The notes below the pieces were generated by a model. That model worked only from the letters and a program-made list of their open reading frames with translations, did not search any database and was not told the origin of the DNA. The position numbers were made by a program, and so were the translations under genes. Positions 1-10,125 of a stretch of 64,000 nt of DNA are shown one piece after another. Positions within the stretch are counted from its first letter, which is position 1. The number at the start of each line of letters is the position of its first letter. Origin of the DNA: Bacteroidota bacterium (GTDB lineage Bacteria; Bacteroidota; Bacteroidia; Chitinophagales; Chitinophagaceae); the NCBI GenBank assembly GCA_048498555.1, contig JBEHXT010000002.1, positions 139,075-203,074 of the forward strand, read 5' to 3'.

Positions 1-2997
1 ATCAAAATCATATTTGCTTAATGGTGTAGAACCGCCCATTACATTTAAAGGAGATCCGGACAAAGGCTCCAATGTAGTTGTATTAATCAGCACAGTGGAA
101 GCCGTATCGCTTGCATACTGAACAGAGTTAGGTCCTTCAAGCCCGAGAGCGACGCCGCTGGCCATGTCCTTATATGAAACGTTATCAATATTGCCATACT
201 TGATCTTATTCCGCGCGCCATCCTGTAGCATGTAATAGTTCCTGTCGGCAATCAATGCTTTCTCCCCTGTAGCAATATCAACAGTACTGATTTTGTAGAT
301 ATATGAATCAGAGTTAACAACCTGGTTAGAGTCGCGGATATAGAACAGGTTGTTGTTTACTTTAACGTTAGATGTGCCACCTGTAATATTGAATACTCGC
401 AATCCGCCGTTTCCTGCCCTATCCTCATACATGGTGTTATTCTGGATAGTAATGTCATAGCAGGTAGTAAAGTCGAACGCAGCGACTGATCCGCGATTGG
501 CTGTTACCATTGAGTTTTTGAACAGGTTATTCCGGATGATAACACGCTCGGCATTATACTGGCCAGCGGGACCGTTGATGAAATAAAATAGCTGTTGTTT
601 GAAATTTTGGAAAGTACAGCCATCAAATAACAGGTCTTTTAACTGGTTGCCCTTAATAAAACATTCCCAATTTCCTGCGCCGTCGAGATTGCAATTTAAG
701 AACCGGATGTTCGTACAATTTCCAATAGTTAGATGCTGTTTAGTACCTGTATTTAAACTTTCTGTTCCTGTGCCTGAGTAATTCAGGTTACATCTGACAA
801 AAGTGATATTGCTGCAGGTGTTCAGGTACATCTTGCTTATTGTCACGTCCTGGAACTTGCACTCATAAAACAGGTAGCCGTCTGCACCGGTCATGTAAAC
901 GCCGTATTGTGAATTCATAAACTCACAACCCCAGAATATATTTGAGCGGCCATTGGTACATCTCACGCCGCCTAAGCCGGACGCAGATGTGAATTTGCAG
1001 TCTTTCCAAAGGATATTGGACCGCGCCTGGACCCAAACACCGTTTTCGCTTGTTTGCGATCTGATCCAGCATTTCTGATTGCTTGTAAAAGCCATGTCAG
1101 TGGCGATCGTCAACCTATAGTTACCTGTATCACCGTTATTGAAGTAAAAGAAGTCCTGCGTTACGGTCGTCTTGATGTTGATGGCAACGTCACTATTTAA
1201 AGGCGTCAATGCGCCCGTTGGTGTCAATTTGAATACCCTTGTTACGGCACTGTTGAGCGCAGCACTCCCACTGTACACCTCTCCGTTTGCGTAGCCTCCA
1301 ACAATTTCAACACCATCATTATAAACCGAAAGCGTCAGATTTTTTGTGTCTGTCTGGCCATTGCTGTCTGTCGCGGTACACGTAACAGTAAATGTGTTGC
1401 CAGATGATGGCAACGATGTGTATTTTTTTGTTGGATTCTGAAGGGTGGAAGTCGTTCCGTCACCAAAGTTCCACAGCCAGCCCGTTACAGATGCACCGGA
1501 GTCAACATAATTGACTGTGCCAGTAAATGAAAAGGTAGTGTCACTTTTTATTCCGGAAGGCCTGTTGGATGAAATGGATATTTGTGGTGGATTGTGGGCC
1601 GCTGCAGGATCCGTTGCACTATAGTCGTATGCCCCTATATCTGGTGTTGATCCCTGCAGGTTCCAGCCGCGAACGTCCGCTGTCCCGCCTTTTGTATTGT
1701 CCGCTTTCTGATAAACAGAAGATGCAGTTGGCAAAACGCAGAAATCGGGCTTAGTTGAATAAGTTCCTTTATTGAATATCTCTGCCTTATCAGCTGTGGC
1801 TGAGTTGGAAACCACGAAGAAGCTGTGATTCTCATAGCCATTGCCACGATAAGTGGTAAGCGTTGCATCAGAATTCCCTTTTATCGTCACAGTGGTAGCA
1901 CCAACTTTTATTTGTAGCGCCTGGGTACTTCCATCAACGCGATAGTAGTTATAATCGGCTACCTTGAATTCAGTTGCATAGTCAAGGCCGGCAGTTGTAT
2001 TTGTAAGCTGTATATAGGATCCACGTGTCCAGAAGATGTTGTTGCAAAGCTCTCTCCAATCAAGGAAGTTAGTAGCTGAAATAGGCTGGCCGTTGTCGCA
2101 ATCAACTGTGTTGTTGTTTACATACAGCGTTTTGCAATTATTCAACTGTAAACAGTTCGTTGTCGCATTGTTTCTAAATAATGCGTTTCGCTGAACCCTG
2201 ACATTTAAACTATTGTTGACCAGCATAATGTTGGTAGAGGTATTGCTCCATGCTGCGTTGGTCGCAATATTTCTTTGTACCAAAACATTTTGGCAGTGTT
2301 CGATATCAATCGCTTTTGCTGTCGTTGTATCGACGATGTTATCCTGTACAGTTACATTGTAGGCTTTAAAAATCTTCAATGTAACGTCTGTGTTATATGT
2401 TGTTGACGGGATAACAGCCTTGTTGTTTACATCTTTAAGCAAGCTATTCTTAACAGTTACGTTCGTGTAGTTGTAGGCAGAAGAAGCTTGCGAGTAATCT
2501 CCATTTGTAAAGGTGCCAGCTCCGATATCAACCGCTCCGGCCGCACAGTTTTGAAAACTACAACCGTCCAAGGTCAATGAAACCACAATACCTGCAAAGG
2601 TGGTACTGTTGGCAACCGCTTTTCTGCAGTTATCAAACTTGACATTTTTAAACAGGATCGAATTGCATGAACCATTTATATAACATGCAAATGAGCTCGT
2701 GTTAATGTAGCTCGGACAGCTAATAGTACAGGTATCAAGTACGAAGTTGTTGACGCCGCCCAAGATCAGTGTCGAATTTTGGGTGCCGTCAGTATAAATC
2801 TTCCTGGTCTGTACGTCGCACTTTATAGTCAACTTGTAAGTTCCGGTTGTCTTTGCTGGAATCGTTAATGCAGAAGACAGGTTAATATCCTCTGTGCTGT
2901 ATATAGTATAGTCCTTATCGAACGTTGCCGGAAGTGCTGTAAGAGCATCCGACAACGTTGCATAAGTGACATTGGTTTCTTGAATTTTAATTGACAT
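1..2997 (-). CDS. Large right-handed parallel beta-helix protein with a central PKD domain (putative tail-associated adhesin/depolymerase); 3'-truncated by the window edge and absent from the ORF track
   Basis: Translated by hand from the ATG at 2997 (MSIKIQETNVTYATLSDALTALPATF...), open to base 1 (>=999 aa). Asn/Cys-rich beta-helix repeats on both sides of a PKD signature (WLWNFGDGTTSTLQNPTKKY). No signal peptide. Confidence 0.8.
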   Translation of the reverse strand, partial: MSIKIQETNVTYATLSDALTALPATFDKDYTIYSTEDINLSSALTIPAKTTGTYKLTIKCDVQTRKIYTDGTQNSTLILGGVNNFVLDTCTISCPSYINTSSFACYINGSCNSILFKNVKFDNCRKAVANSTTFAGIVVSLTLDGCSFQNCAAGAVDIGAGTFTNGDYSQASSAYNYTNVTVKNSLLKDVNNKAVIPSTTYNTDVTLKIFKAYNVTVQDNIVDTTTAKAIDIEHCQNVLVQRNIATNAAWSNTSTNIMLVNNSLNVRVQRNALFRNNATTNCLQLNNCKTLYVNNNTVDCDNGQPISATNFLDWRELCNNIFWTRGSYIQLTNTTAGLDYATEFKVADYNYYRVDGSTQALQIKVGATTVTIKGNSDATLTTYRGNGYENHSFFVVSNSATADKAEIFNKGTYSTKPDFCVLPTASSVYQKADNTKGGTADVRGWNLQGSTPDIGAYDYSATDPAAAHNPPQISISSNRPSGIKSDTTFSFTGTVNYVDSGASVTGWLWNFGDGTTSTLQNPTKKYTSLPSSGNTFTVTCTATDSNGQTDTKNLTLSVYNDGVEIVGGYANGEVYSGSAALNSAVTRVFKLTPTGALTPLNSDVAINIKTTVTQDFFYFNNGDTGNYRLTIATDMAFTSNQKCWIRSQTSENGVWVQARSNILWKDCKFTSASGLGGVRCTNGRSNIFWGCEFMNSQYGVYMTGADGYLFYECKFQDVTISKMYLNTCSNITFVRCNLNYSGTGTESLNTGTKQHLTIGNCTNIRFLNCNLDGAGNWECFIKGNQLKDLLFDGCTFQNFKQQLFYFINGPAGQYNAERVIIRNNLFKNSMVTANRGSVAAFDFTTCYDITIQNNTMYEDRAGNGGLRVFNITGGTSNVKVNNNLFYIRDSNQVVNSDSYIYKISTVDIATGEKALIADRNYYMLQDGARNKIKYGNIDNVSYKDMASGVALGLEGPNSVQYASDTASTVLINTTTLEPLSGSPLNVMGGSTPLSKYDFD

Positions 2998-2999
2998 CG

Positions 3000-3326
3000 C
3001 TAAATGTTTTCATCTGAGTCATCAAGCCAATTGTAGTCGATTGTGGGAGTATCGCCTCCGGTGCCACCGCCGAGCGGTACCGGTGGAGCGAACCATTGAG
3101 AGAGATCAAGCGGTTCTTTAGCTATGATTATATATCCGACACCCTTTTCAAGTTTATCGAAGCTATTAACCGGCCTGCCTGGCACCCATGATCTATAACT
3201 GCCAAGTGTTCTGAAAACAGCAACGCAGTTTGATTCTGTAAGCCCCAAAGCACTCATGCTCACATTGTCCGCTGTATCTAACGCGACTACGCTGTTAGGC
3301 CCCGCTATGATATTAGTCGCCATCAC
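3000..3326 (-). CDS. Small hypothetical protein (108 aa), coupled to the beta-helix gene
   Basis: ORF track; stop lies 2 nt before the beta-helix ATG; ends in a Gly/Thr linker-like tail. Confidence 0.7.
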   Translation of the reverse strand: MMATNIIAGPNSVVALDTADNVSMSALGLTESNCVAVFRTLGSYRSWVPGRPVNSFDKLEKGVGYIIIAKEPLDLSQWFAPPVPLGGGTGGDTPTIDYNWLDDSDENI

Positions 3327-3342
3327 ATGAAGTTTGAATAGT

Positions 3343-3366
3343 AAACAAAAGCCCGGTTGCCCGGGC
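3343..3366 (-). terminator. Intrinsic terminator after the major tail gene
   Basis: Minus strand reads GCCCGG-GCAA-CCGGGC followed by TTTTGTTT. Confidence 0.75.
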
Positions 3367-3373
3367 CATTATC

Positions 3374-4180
3374 TTAGCTCAGGATAAAATCGCCGTTGAC
3401 GAAGTTTCCTGTATACTTCACGCCGGCACTGTTCGTAAATCTGAACGGCTGGCCGTTATAATCGGACGGAAAGTCAACGACTGCAACAAGGGTACCTCCT
3501 GACTTGATGTTCATATTCATCGGTGTGCCTGCAGGTGTGGCTACTTTATTGAACTCCATTTTAATGGTCGCATTAATTGCAGACAATGTGGTTGTAATAC
3601 CAAAGTCTGTTTTAGTTGCAGCTGATGCGAATGTTTGAGCAGTATCAAATGTCAATGGAGTATCAGTTGTGCCACCTGTGAATGACCAAGAAGGAACGCC
3701 TGCTTTTTCAGGAGCCAGGATGGTGATTGTTAAATCAAGCTGACCCAATCCATTCTTTTGGAATTTGAATTGGCTGGTCGTAACAACTTTACCTCTTGCT
3801 ATTTTGATAACACCACCAAGCCTGTGCTTAATTTCAACGCTCTGCTCAATTTGAGGTTGGCTTGCAGGAGCTTGCCATGTAGGAGGATCCGTCTGAGTTG
3901 CTCCAGGGATAACTGTGCCGCCCCATAATTTCTGCAGGATATATGCATCGATGTCATACACCGATAGCTTCAATGTCTTCTTACCCGGTACGGTAACGCT
4001 GTAATAAGGCTCATCAGAATCTTCAATATTGAAGTCTGTCGTAGTACCTTCAGGAACTTCAAGTACAGGAGAACCTTCTACAATACCGCCAAGAAGCGTG
4101 AGAGATGTCCCCATGCCGCCGTCTGGTGCGACATTGCCCATCTTAATATATTCTAAACCGTAAAAAGCTTTCTTTGCCAT
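3374..4180 (-). CDS. Major tail (tube) protein with a C-terminal extension domain
   Basis: Position after the tail-completion genes. N-terminal ~170 aa resembles Bacteroidota siphophage tail tube proteins; followed by ~95 aa of beta-rich extension. Confidence 0.7.
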   Translation of the reverse strand: MAKKAFYGLEYIKMGNVAPDGGMGTSLTLLGGIVEGSPVLEVPEGTTTDFNIEDSDEPYYSVTVPGKKTLKLSVYDIDAYILQKLWGGTVIPGATQTDPPTWQAPASQPQIEQSVEIKHRLGGVIKIARGKVVTTSQFKFQKNGLGQLDLTITILAPEKAGVPSWSFTGGTTDTPLTFDTAQTFASAATKTDFGITTTLSAINATIKMEFNKVATPAGTPMNMNIKSGGTLVAVVDFPSDYNGQPFRFTNSAGVKYTGNFVNGDFILS

Positions 4181-4181
4181 T

Positions 4182-4583
4182 TTAGTTGTAGTTAATGTGA
4201 AAGAATTCGATTCTTATGTTTACATAATGCTGATCACCTTCTGAGAATAACACTTGCTGATGAACTTCGTAGTTGTAATCTTCTCCCCATGCATTCAGAA
4301 GGTCAACGGCAATACGTGTAAGGTCTTTTAAACGTTCTATGTTGGGTTGTGAGTCTTGTATATTTTCAACCTTGATCTTAAGGTTAGGAACATGAATATT
4401 TACATTAGCAACAGCCTCTTGCAGTTGTTCATTATTTACCGGAAGACAGTTGATTACGACATCTTCAACATTGCTGTTTACCGGCCTGGCTTCTTTGTAA
4501 ACATCTCCGGTGATGATTGTTTTCAGTTCAGAGTTGTTTATCTTGTTCCAGATGATGTCAACTATGTCGAAAGTGGTTATCAT
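4182..4583 (-). CDS. Tail terminator/completion protein
   Basis: Size and synteny between the HK97 gp10-like gene and the tail tube gene. Confidence 0.6.
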   Translation of the reverse strand: MITTFDIVDIIWNKINNSELKTIITGDVYKEARPVNSNVEDVVINCLPVNNEQLQEAVANVNIHVPNLKIKVENIQDSQPNIERLKDLTRIAVDLLNAWGEDYNYEVHQQVLFSEGDQHYVNIRIEFFHINYN

Positions 4584-5044
4584 GATCGCGCTAAACTTTT
4601 CTTTATTGCATCAATTGCTTTTGCCAGGTCATTCTTTGCTGTGATGCTGCTTGCTGTGATTACATCTTTACCTCTACTTTCGACTGCGGCTGCGTAATTC
4701 ATACCCGCGACAACTATCAGAACATAACCACGAGGAAAATTTGAAGCGACTTCCAGTGCAACTCTTTCTCCAGTATTTACGCCTGAAGTGTCCGATCTAA
4801 CTCGCGCTGCCTTTTTGAAATTTTGAAAGAGCTGTTCACCGTCACGCAAAATCACATATCCTATCGAGTTTCTGAGGTTGCCTGTAACATCAGTATAGTT
4901 TCCGTTTTCACGAGCATTTTTCACGAATGTTTCGCCAATGCGCTTTAACCTGGTGAGGATTGCATTGTCTAATGCCTTCATTTTGTCTTCAATAAACTTT
5001 TGAATTTCAGCTCTTGTAAATCGTGGCTCCAATTTCATAACCAA
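4580..5044 (-). CDS. HK97 gp10-like tail completion protein
   Basis: Y-T-D-V-T-G-N-L-R-N-S-I-G-Y and AGMNYAAAVESRGKDV motifs typical of this family. Confidence 0.7.
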   Translation of the reverse strand: MVMKLEPRFTRAEIQKFIEDKMKALDNAILTRLKRIGETFVKNARENGNYTDVTGNLRNSIGYVILRDGEQLFQNFKKAARVRSDTSGVNTGERVALEVASNFPRGYVLIVVAGMNYAAAVESRGKDVITASSITAKNDLAKAIDAIKKSLARS

Positions 5045-5352
5045 GCCCTCGCATTTAATTGACCAATGTTGAAGCGTTTAAGTTTGGATTTGCAGATCTT
5101 ATCTGCGCCGCTAAAGACTTCAACATCACAACCAGCAGGAACATCCTGAGCCGGCAAGGGCATGTATAAAGTCCAGCTATATTCCAATCGCTTACCGTCT
5201 TCATCTGTCAGGAAACCACCACTACTGTTTGCTTCAACTCTTCCAGGATATTCAATGATGCTTGGTGTTCCTTCAACCCAATTCCCTTGCCCATTACGAT
5301 AGCTGTTGCCCGTGATAGTAAAAACTATTCTATGAGGATACTGCCTTACCAT
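5035..5352 (-). CDS. Head closure/head-tail joining protein
   Basis: Size and synteny. Confidence 0.55.
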   Translation of the reverse strand: MVRQYPHRIVFTITGNSYRNGQGNWVEGTPSIIEYPGRVEANSSGGFLTDEDGKRLEYSWTLYMPLPAQDVPAGCDVEVFSGADKICKSKLKRFNIGQLNARAWL

Positions 5353-5657
5353 ACCGACTTGCTCGTAATCTTTGGTTTTGGAAATAACTTATTGTCAAGA
5401 CCCAATTCAGCAGCTAAAGCGGAATACCAGGCTTTCACGCCTTCCATATTCCATTTAACAGAATATCCTCCTTCGGAAACCTCTTGCAGCCCGGCCATCA
5501 TTAAAGGAAGCTGATTGTACATCGCCACCTTTAATGATCTTGTCTCCGTTATCGGATCATCCGGAATGATTGATTGCTCCAACAGGAGGATATCTATTTC
5601 AGCGGCTGACACACCGAATTTTCCAAGGATAGTTGATATGTATTCCTTATTGGTCAC
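5346..5657 (-). CDS. Head-tail connector protein
   Basis: Directly after the capsid gene; SEGGYSVKWN motif seen in Bacteroidota prophage connectors. Confidence 0.6.
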   Translation of the reverse strand: MTNKEYISTILGKFGVSAAEIDILLLEQSIIPDDPITETRSLKVAMYNQLPLMMAGLQEVSEGGYSVKWNMEGVKAWYSALAAELGLDNKLFPKPKITSKSVW

Positions 5658-6748
5658 TATGCAGCTACATCTGTTGTTAACAAGAATATGCCGTCGATAG
5701 CTTCCAATGCAGGGAAAGCGTTCAATTCAACCTGTGTGAATTCCTGCCAAGGGTTGTTGTCTCTCCACTTAGAAAGCAGAGTACGATCATATTTCGCGTA
5801 GGTAACGCCCTGGATAGGCTCGATATCTTCAATTGCAATTGCATTGTGAACAATACCAAGCTTTCCGGTAGGAACAAAAACAACGTTCTCTTTTTTGAAA
5901 GGATTGATTGTTTGGATAATGCCATCCTGTTCGATGCCTCTGCGCTCATTGATCACCTTAATTGTTGGCAACTGATTAGCTGCGAGGTATTCATTGATAA
6001 CGGTGAGGGTTACAACAAAATTCTTGTTGCTGCCAGGATTCTGATAACCGGAGATCGCAGACTTAACAGAAGCCAAATTCTTCATTGCCAACCAGGTCTC
6101 CATATCAATCCATATTTCAGAAAACGAACGACCGGTTTTAGCAGCATAAAGCACGACATCATTGATATCCTTGAAAGGATCAGCAGTTGAATCTGACCAA
6201 ACTTTTGATACATTTCTTGTCTGATCAGACGAAGCCAATAGGTCTACTGATCCAAGAGCCGATCCGTCAGGGTTGTTCAAAACGTCAATGTTGATTTTAA
6301 ATGTTGATACAGCCTGCAAGAACATGATATCCAGTCTGCGGTCTGTTGATGAAGCCGCATTTGTCACATCTTTCCAAAGCTTTTCAATAAGCTGTTGCTT
6401 CTTTTGACTGTCTGCGATAGGAAGATTTTCTAAACCCTTAAGCGCTCTGTAGTCCTTTTGATTAAGAGCAAAAGACTGCTTCATTGTTGGGATTTTGCCT
6501 TCCAACATTTCCAGCTTGCTTCTGCTTCTGCGTGGTGCCGGTGAATCCGGATCCACTATAGAAGCGGCTGCTTCGATACGGGAACGGCCAATCGCGGTTG
6601 CGAATGTCAATTCCATTTGAGGTAGACCCCAGTCGAGATACTGCCTCCAAATTGACGTTGTATAAAGAGTATCAAGAGAGCTGTCTATCAAGGCCTGCAG
6701 ATTCTGCTGCTTTGCCAGGTCTCCAAATACTGATGGTACTATTGCCAT
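5657..6748 (-). CDS. Major capsid protein (lambda gpE-like)
   Basis: 363 aa; synteny after the scaffold and decoration genes; resembles major capsid E-type proteins. Confidence 0.8.
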   Translation of the reverse strand: MAIVPSVFGDLAKQQNLQALIDSSLDTLYTTSIWRQYLDWGLPQMELTFATAIGRSRIEAAASIVDPDSPAPRRSRSKLEMLEGKIPTMKQSFALNQKDYRALKGLENLPIADSQKKQQLIEKLWKDVTNAASSTDRRLDIMFLQAVSTFKINIDVLNNPDGSALGSVDLLASSDQTRNVSKVWSDSTADPFKDINDVVLYAAKTGRSFSEIWIDMETWLAMKNLASVKSAISGYQNPGSNKNFVVTLTVINEYLAANQLPTIKVINERRGIEQDGIIQTINPFKKENVVFVPTGKLGIVHNAIAIEDIEPIQGVTYAKYDRTLLSKWRDNNPWQEFTQVELNAFPALEAIDGIFLLTTDVAA

Positions 6749-6798
6749 TGGAAAAATTGTTGAGAGTTAAAAAATTGGTTTTTCTCAGGTATCGGGTT

Positions 6799-7386
6799 TT
6801 ACATCGATTGAGAATAGATTATGCCTGGCAAAGCGGCTGCAATGTCTGCTGAGTATGGAACTCTGCGAGCGTACACAGTAGCACGAATTGCAACTGAAAC
6901 ACTTTCGCCAGAGTCAACAACAGCATCAGCGTATAACAACCCTTTGATAGCAGGCAGGGCCGCAGATGTTGCACCTGTTGCAGTTGAAGCAAACAAAAGA
7001 TCGCCAGCTGTAGCAGCTCCGATTGTTGTGCCTACTGTCAGCAAATCATAATCTGCATTTGTGTTATCAATTGCAGTGATTGCATATGCAGCACCACCTT
7101 TGCTTTTCGCCAGATTGTCTGCAACTTTAATGATGCTGCCTTTTTTGACTTTATATTGAGTCGCTGAACCGCCAGCATTTTCATAAACTACCGCTGTAGC
7201 CATTGGTTTTGCTTTGCGGGTTGACTCGTCAAATGTCATTGGAATGCCTGCTTTGAGTACAGTGCCGAGCACTAAGCTCGTTACATCAAGCAGGAAGCCG
7301 CCTTGGGCAAGCTGTATATCCTTGCCGTAGCCCTGGAACACAGGAATGTCACTGGTTCCATATTTTCTTTTGAAGCCTACGCCCAT
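6799..7386 (-). CDS. Head decoration protein
   Basis: Between scaffold and capsid; Ala/Gly/Thr-rich, 195 aa. Confidence 0.6.
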   Translation of the reverse strand: MGVGFKRKYGTSDIPVFQGYGKDIQLAQGGFLLDVTSLVLGTVLKAGIPMTFDESTRKAKPMATAVVYENAGGSATQYKVKKGSIIKVADNLAKSKGGAAYAITAIDNTNADYDLLTVGTTIGAATAGDLLFASTATGATSAALPAIKGLLYADAVVDSGESVSVAIRATVYARRVPYSADIAAALPGIIYSQSM

Positions 7387-7390
7387 TTTG

Positions 7391-8011
7391 TTAAGATTTT
7401 GCTTTTACTGATTCGTTTTGTTTTTTACCAAATGCAACGATATCAGGATCGACTGTTGTTGCACTGGCTCCGCTCTTACCACCTGCAGGAGGAGTGTTGT
7501 TCATGAGCCCACCGTCGATCATTTCCTGCCTGAATGCGCTGTAGTCATCCTGAACCTCTTGAACAAATGCAGCGAGATCCTCTTCCTTTTCAGGTAAGGC
7601 TCTTTTTGCATAGTAAGAAGCTGGAATTCCTTTAAGTTGCTCCGCAGCTTTTGTTTTCATACTGCTTTGAACTTTGTCAGCTTTTAACGTCTGCACCTCT
7701 TGCAAAAGAGTTTTGAGCAACGTTGCTGTATCATCCGGCTTTGGATCTGGTTTGGGATCATCAGTTTTACCTGGATCAGGCTTTGGAGGATTTTCCTTTT
7801 TAGCCTCGGTAACCCTGCGGTCGCCTTCGCTTTGATATTCTGCTGCTAAATCTGTGATAGACACTGGAAGGTTCTCTAGTTCGTCAACGACGCCCTGTAT
7901 CTGACTTTCCTCTGTTACTTTGGGTAGGAGTTTGTCGGCCCAAAATCCCAGAAATTTCTTTGACACCCCTGGATATTTGGTTATCAGTTGTGCCAGCAGT
8001 TTTTGTTTCAT
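7391..8011 (-). CDS. Capsid scaffolding protein
   Basis: Helical, with a PKPDP linker and a low-complexity C-terminus; first gene of the head operon. Confidence 0.65.
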   Translation of the reverse strand: MKQKLLAQLITKYPGVSKKFLGFWADKLLPKVTEESQIQGVVDELENLPVSITDLAAEYQSEGDRRVTEAKKENPPKPDPGKTDDPKPDPKPDDTATLLKTLLQEVQTLKADKVQSSMKTKAAEQLKGIPASYYAKRALPEKEEDLAAFVQEVQDDYSAFRQEMIDGGLMNNTPPAGGKSGASATTVDPDIVAFGKKQNESVKAKS

Positions 8012-8078
8012 GTGTAAGAACTTTCTTTTTTGAATTGTGATTCAAAAATGTTCAAAGTATCGGGGACGTTAAAATATG

Positions 8079-8109
8079 ATATAGCAACACAGCGGTTTTG
8101 TTGCTATAT
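8079..8109. promoter_or_regulatory. Inverted repeat between the divergent head operon and DUF262 cassette (putative operator)
   Basis: ATATAGCAACA-N9-TGTTGCTATAT, perfect 11-bp arms. Confidence 0.5.
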
Positions 8110-8215
8110 TTTTCTACTTTAGCGTACCTCGCTTGCTCGAATACCACGCCAATGTTCGTAAGCTGGCTGGGTTTTACCCACCCGGGCAAATCGTTTTAAT
8201 TAAATATAAGAGGCA

Positions 8216-9325
8216 ATGAATATTAAAATAGACCTTGAATCACTGCAGACTAAGGCTAAGGAAAGAACTGTAAAAACACAAACTATTGAATATGATCTTG
8301 AAACGTTAGTCAAAAAGGTTCAAAAAAATGTAATTAAGCTCGATCCTGATTATCAAAGAAGACATCGGTGGGATAATGAAACATCTTCTAGACTGATTGA
8401 AAGTTTAATACTAAACATTCCAATTCCGATAGTTTATCTTTCGTACGACATCGACGTGGATACAAATGAAGAGGGGGCTCGCTTTTCGGTAATCGATGGA
8501 CAGCAGCGCCTCACAGCAATCGTCAACTTCTTTGAAGACAAGTTTGCCTTGGAGGAGCTGGATATATTGACAGATCTGGATGGCTTTAAATATTCGGATT
8601 TGCCGCCATTCTTACTAAGGCGACTTGAGGAAAGGACAATCAAATGTTTGCGCATAGATTCTACGGTCGATCCTCAAGTTAAATTCGACATTTTCGAACG
8701 ACTTAACTCCGGTTCAGTAAAGCTTGAATCACATGAATTACGAAATGCAGTACTTAGAGGCCCGTTCAATGACATGTGTAAAAAATTATCAGGCGATGTT
8801 GATTTTCGAAAACTTGTTCAAATAGGCAGTGAAGAACCTTCTAAAAATGCGAAAGTTCAAAAGATGGAAGATGTCGAACTTGTTTTGAGATTCTTTGCAT
8901 TGATTGAGGATCGTTATAAAACATATAAAAAGACCAAAGAAAACCAATTCAAGGATTTTCTATCAGATTACTTGGTTGACGCGAATAAGCTTAGCGCTGA
9001 TCAAATCGAAAAAAAGGCTAGGCTTTTTCGAGAAACAATGAAATTTATTATCACCCACTTCGGTGAAGCAGCTTTTGCGAAATATAAATATGTTAACAAG
9101 CAAATGAAGAAACAATCAAGCTTCAACGCTGCCGTCTACGACGCTTTAACCGTAGCTATAGCATCTGATGTAAATCTTAGAAATCCCAAAAACATCAAGA
9201 AGAAGGCTGCTGACTTTTTAAGTCTCTTTAAGAATCCAGACTTCCATGAAAAGCTCAGTGGGTCTATACTTGATACCACAAAATTGATAGGTCGGATTGA
9301 TTCAGCAAGAAAGGCATTTAAATGA
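8216..9325 (+). CDS. DUF262 (GmrSD-N/ParB-like) domain protein, putative anti-phage component
   Basis: PDYQRRHRW, IDGQQRLTAI and FERLNSG..L...ELRN motifs. No C-terminal HNH (DUF1524) motif seen. Confidence 0.9.
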   Translation: MNIKIDLESLQTKAKERTVKTQTIEYDLETLVKKVQKNVIKLDPDYQRRHRWDNETSSRLIESLILNIPIPIVYLSYDIDVDTNEEGARFSVIDGQQRLTAIVNFFEDKFALEELDILTDLDGFKYSDLPPFLLRRLEERTIKCLRIDSTVDPQVKFDIFERLNSGSVKLESHELRNAVLRGPFNDMCKKLSGDVDFRKLVQIGSEEPSKNAKVQKMEDVELVLRFFALIEDRYKTYKKTKENQFKDFLSDYLVDANKLSADQIEKKARLFRETMKFIITHFGEAAFAKYKYVNKQMKKQSSFNAAVYDALTVAIASDVNLRNPKNIKKKAADFLSLFKNPDFHEKLSGSILDTTKLIGRIDSARKAFK

Positions 9326-10125
9326 TGAGTACGTTTGTTAACGATGGCATAAATGCCCTTCGCGCAAGATTTGATGAAGTCGATTTAATCTTATCCGAAG
9401 CCGCTTTGAGTTCAGATACACGCCCGTCTTTATATAAAGCACTTTGCCGTTCGGCACAAGTGATGCTCTTCGCTCATTTTGAAGGTTATTTAAAGGAGTT
9501 AGTTAGGAATTCGGTGGAAGACATTAATCAATTTTCAAGCTTCAATAAATCCAAAAAGTGTTTAAAACAAAGACTTTGTGAATATTTTGTACTACCGAAT
9601 GCAGATGGCAAACAACGTCAGGATAAGATAGTAGAGCTTATGTCAACGTTCAACAACTTAGATACAAAATTTAAAAAAGAATACTTTTTATCCGGGGAAA
9701 ACAAAAATCCAAAAGTATCAGTAATAAATCATATTGGTCAGCAATTCGGCATTAAGTCATTTTTTGATCAATTGAAAAAGACTAATCTGGATCTGGTGTT
9801 TTCTAATACCAAACGCCAAAATGATGAGCTTCGAGATGACCTTTTGAAATACCTACAGGAGTCGACCACGACTTACCCATATAGACTAAGTTTTAGCAGG
9901 CTGGCGCTTGACAATACCCGATCTACGGCGGATAATTTGTGGGAGGTGTTTATAAGTCAAGTACTCAAAAGAAGACACGATATTGCGCACGGGACGGAGG
10001 TGGAGAATTCTGCGGATCATTCGAGTATTCAATCCGATAAAACAAAGATTGAAATATTGCTATACGCGTTTACAATTTTTGTTTGCCTTCAATGTAATCC
10101 CGACGAACCTAAAGAAAATGCATAA
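9322..10125 (+). CDS. HEPN-domain RNase (MAE_28990/RiboL-PSP-like)
   Basis: N-terminal LFAHFEGYLK and C-terminal R-x4-H motif (RHDIAH); 4-nt overlap with the DUF262 gene. Confidence 0.8.
   Translation: MMSTFVNDGINALRARFDEVDLILSEAALSSDTRPSLYKALCRSAQVMLFAHFEGYLKELVRNSVEDINQFSSFNKSKKCLKQRLCEYFVLPNADGKQRQDKIVELMSTFNNLDTKFKKEYFLSGENKNPKVSVINHIGQQFGIKSFFDQLKKTNLDLVFSNTKRQNDELRDDLLKYLQESTTTYPYRLSFSRLALDNTRSTADNLWEVFISQVLKRRHDIAHGTEVENSADHSSIQSDKTKIEILLYAFTIFVCLQCNPDEPKENA

Noticed and set aside
599-1868. Short track ORFs at 599, 1569 and 1635
   Set aside because: They lie within the long minus-strand beta-helix ORF (<1..2997), in other frames or on the other strand.
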